Shown in pieces: positions 63,099 through 64,000 of a DNA stretch of 64,000 nucleotides (position 1 is its first letter; every line of letters begins with the position of its first letter). The stretch is from an uncultured Bacteroides sp. GTDB taxonomy: Bacteria; Bacteroidota; Bacteroidia; Bacteroidales; GCA-2748055. The stretch lies in NCBI GenBank assembly GCA_964601975.1, contig CAZRPW010000002.1, positions 2,152 to 66,151 on the forward strand. Reading direction: 5' to 3'. Made by a program: the position numbers and the translations under genes. The notes under the pieces were generated by a model. The model saw only the letters and a program-made list of their open reading frames with translations, searched no databases and was not told the origin of the DNA.

Positions 63099-63794
63099 CT
63101 AGCCCATGAGGGATATGGATTGAAGCCTCTTCAAATCAAGCACCTCAATGCAGCGTCCCTCAAGCCTGATAATACGATCGCGTTCAAATTCCTTCAGGAT
63201 CCTGATCGCACTGTCTTTAGACATGCTTGTATAATCCGCAATGTCCTGACGGGAAATCTCATTCCCGATGCAGCTTGATTCATAAATTTCATCCGAAAGA
63301 TAAATCAGGGCATCAGCTACCCGGCCCGGCATTTGTTTCTGACTGAGACTGACCATGCGATCAAGGGAACGCCCATAGTTGGTGCTGCATAATTTTATAT
63401 AAAGCCTGGCAAAATCACCATTTATTCCAAGGACTTCATTGAAGTTCTCCACATCCAGGAAACAGACAAGGGTCTCCGAGATGGCCACGACACTGTAGCT
63501 GTGTTTTCCTGTGTTATGAACACCAGGAGCCCCCACCAGTTGCCAGGGCTTAACAAAGTCAAGGATCAGGTTCCTGTCGTTAAATCCTTCGACATATTTC
63601 CGGGCAAATCCCTCCACCACCGATATCAGGGTTGTGGCCGAGGTACCCTGTTTCAGGATCATTTCTCCTTTGTTAAACCGAACCGAATAACGATCCCTGT
63701 TCACAATGGCTAGCTCTTCTTCAGAAAGAACCTGAAATAGCGGTGACTTCTTGTTGCATGTGTCACAACCTTCACATAATTTCAGTTTATTCAT
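63099..63794 (-). CDS. Crp/Fnr-family transcriptional regulator with an N-terminal Cys cluster (Fnr-like)
   Basis: The N-terminus MNKLKLCEGCDTCNKKSPLF carries CxxCxxC. A cNMP-like beta-roll and an HTH (SRQDIADYTSMSKDSAIRILKEFERDRII) follow. I chose the ATG at 63794. Confidence 0.8.
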   Translation of the reverse strand: MNKLKLCEGCDTCNKKSPLFQVLSEEELAIVNRDRYSVRFNKGEMILKQGTSATTLISVVEGFARKYVEGFNDRNLILDFVKPWQLVGAPGVHNTGKHSYSVVAISETLVCFLDVENFNEVLGINGDFARLYIKLCSTNYGRSLDRMVSLSQKQMPGRVADALIYLSDEIYESSCIGNEISRQDIADYTSMSKDSAIRILKEFERDRIIRLEGRCIEVLDLKRLQSISLMG

Positions 63795-63843
63795 TATAAA
63801 AGCAGTCTGTAATTGAGGTATTTTGAATAAAAATAAAAAAAAA

Positions 63844-63857
63844 CTGATCCAGATCAG
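63844..63857. promoter_or_regulatory. FNR/CRP-box-like palindrome upstream of the Fnr-like regulator gene
   Basis: CTGATC-CA-GATCAG contains the core TGAT-N6-ATCA (TGATCCAGATCA), the same half-site spacing as the FNR consensus TTGAT-N4-ATCAA. It lies ~50 nt upstream of the ATG at 63794. Confidence 0.4.
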
Positions 63858-64000
63858 CAAAAGCGATGACTTATCTCTGCAAAAAAGACAGTAAACATCG
63901 ATGTGAAATCCTTCACACTAAGACTGGGAACCACTACCTTAGCGCATGAATAGGCGTGTTTCCACACTGCCAAAACTAACACGAAAGCAAATGAGAAGAG

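Noticed and set aside
63946-64000. Possible gene start (ATG AAT AGG CGT...) running off the 3' end
   Set aside because: Only 18 codons are visible and no motif is recognisable, so it cannot be supported.

Overview
This is a 64-kb chromosomal segment that looks like Bacteroidota. Evidence: two proteins with type-IX-secretion C-terminal sorting domains, ECF-sigma/FecR/STN modules, TAnnTTTG-type promoter motifs, and dense gene packing with ATGA-type overlaps. I saw no rRNA, tRNA, CRISPR array, transposase, integrase or prophage genes.

Most of the window is housekeeping:
- a dnaB 5' fragment, ispE, an acyl-CoA carboxyltransferase plus biotin carrier, lptF/G, tgt, rsmG, rpmH, rluD, ddl, pcm, gcvP, ssb and dcp;
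- a complete trpE-G-D-C-F-B-A operon on the minus strand. It is preceded by a 19-codon leader ORF with three consecutive Trp codons and a strong hairpin plus U-tract 20 nt before trpE, which is a classical attenuator layout.

Four regions are not ordinary:
1. 25.98-32.87 kb holds two paralogous secreted pilin-like proteins, a ~1000-aa outer-membrane protein (Ig-like N-terminal domains, a barrel-like core, two C-terminal beta-sandwich domains) and a divergently transcribed two-domain Ig-fold periplasmic protein. Together these resemble a non-canonical chaperone-usher-like surface-fibre system. This is my best candidate for an undescribed system.
2. 34.4-40.2 kb holds an ECF sigma and FecR anti-sigma whose STN-domain partner is a 510-aa barrel-less protein rather than a TonB-dependent transducer. 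A paralog lacking the STN domain lies upstream and a T9SS-targeted GH18 enzyme lies downstream.
3. 54.8-61.3 kb holds a CrtI-like flavoenzyme fused to a ferredoxin-reductase-like module. It converges on a ~1415-aa double BcrAD/BadFG-type ATPase fused to a dehydratase-like domain.
4. A 135-nt repeat and hairpin element sits inside the trp operon between trpG and trpD.

All functional calls come from reading motifs in the translated ORFs by eye. No database searches or folding computations were run.
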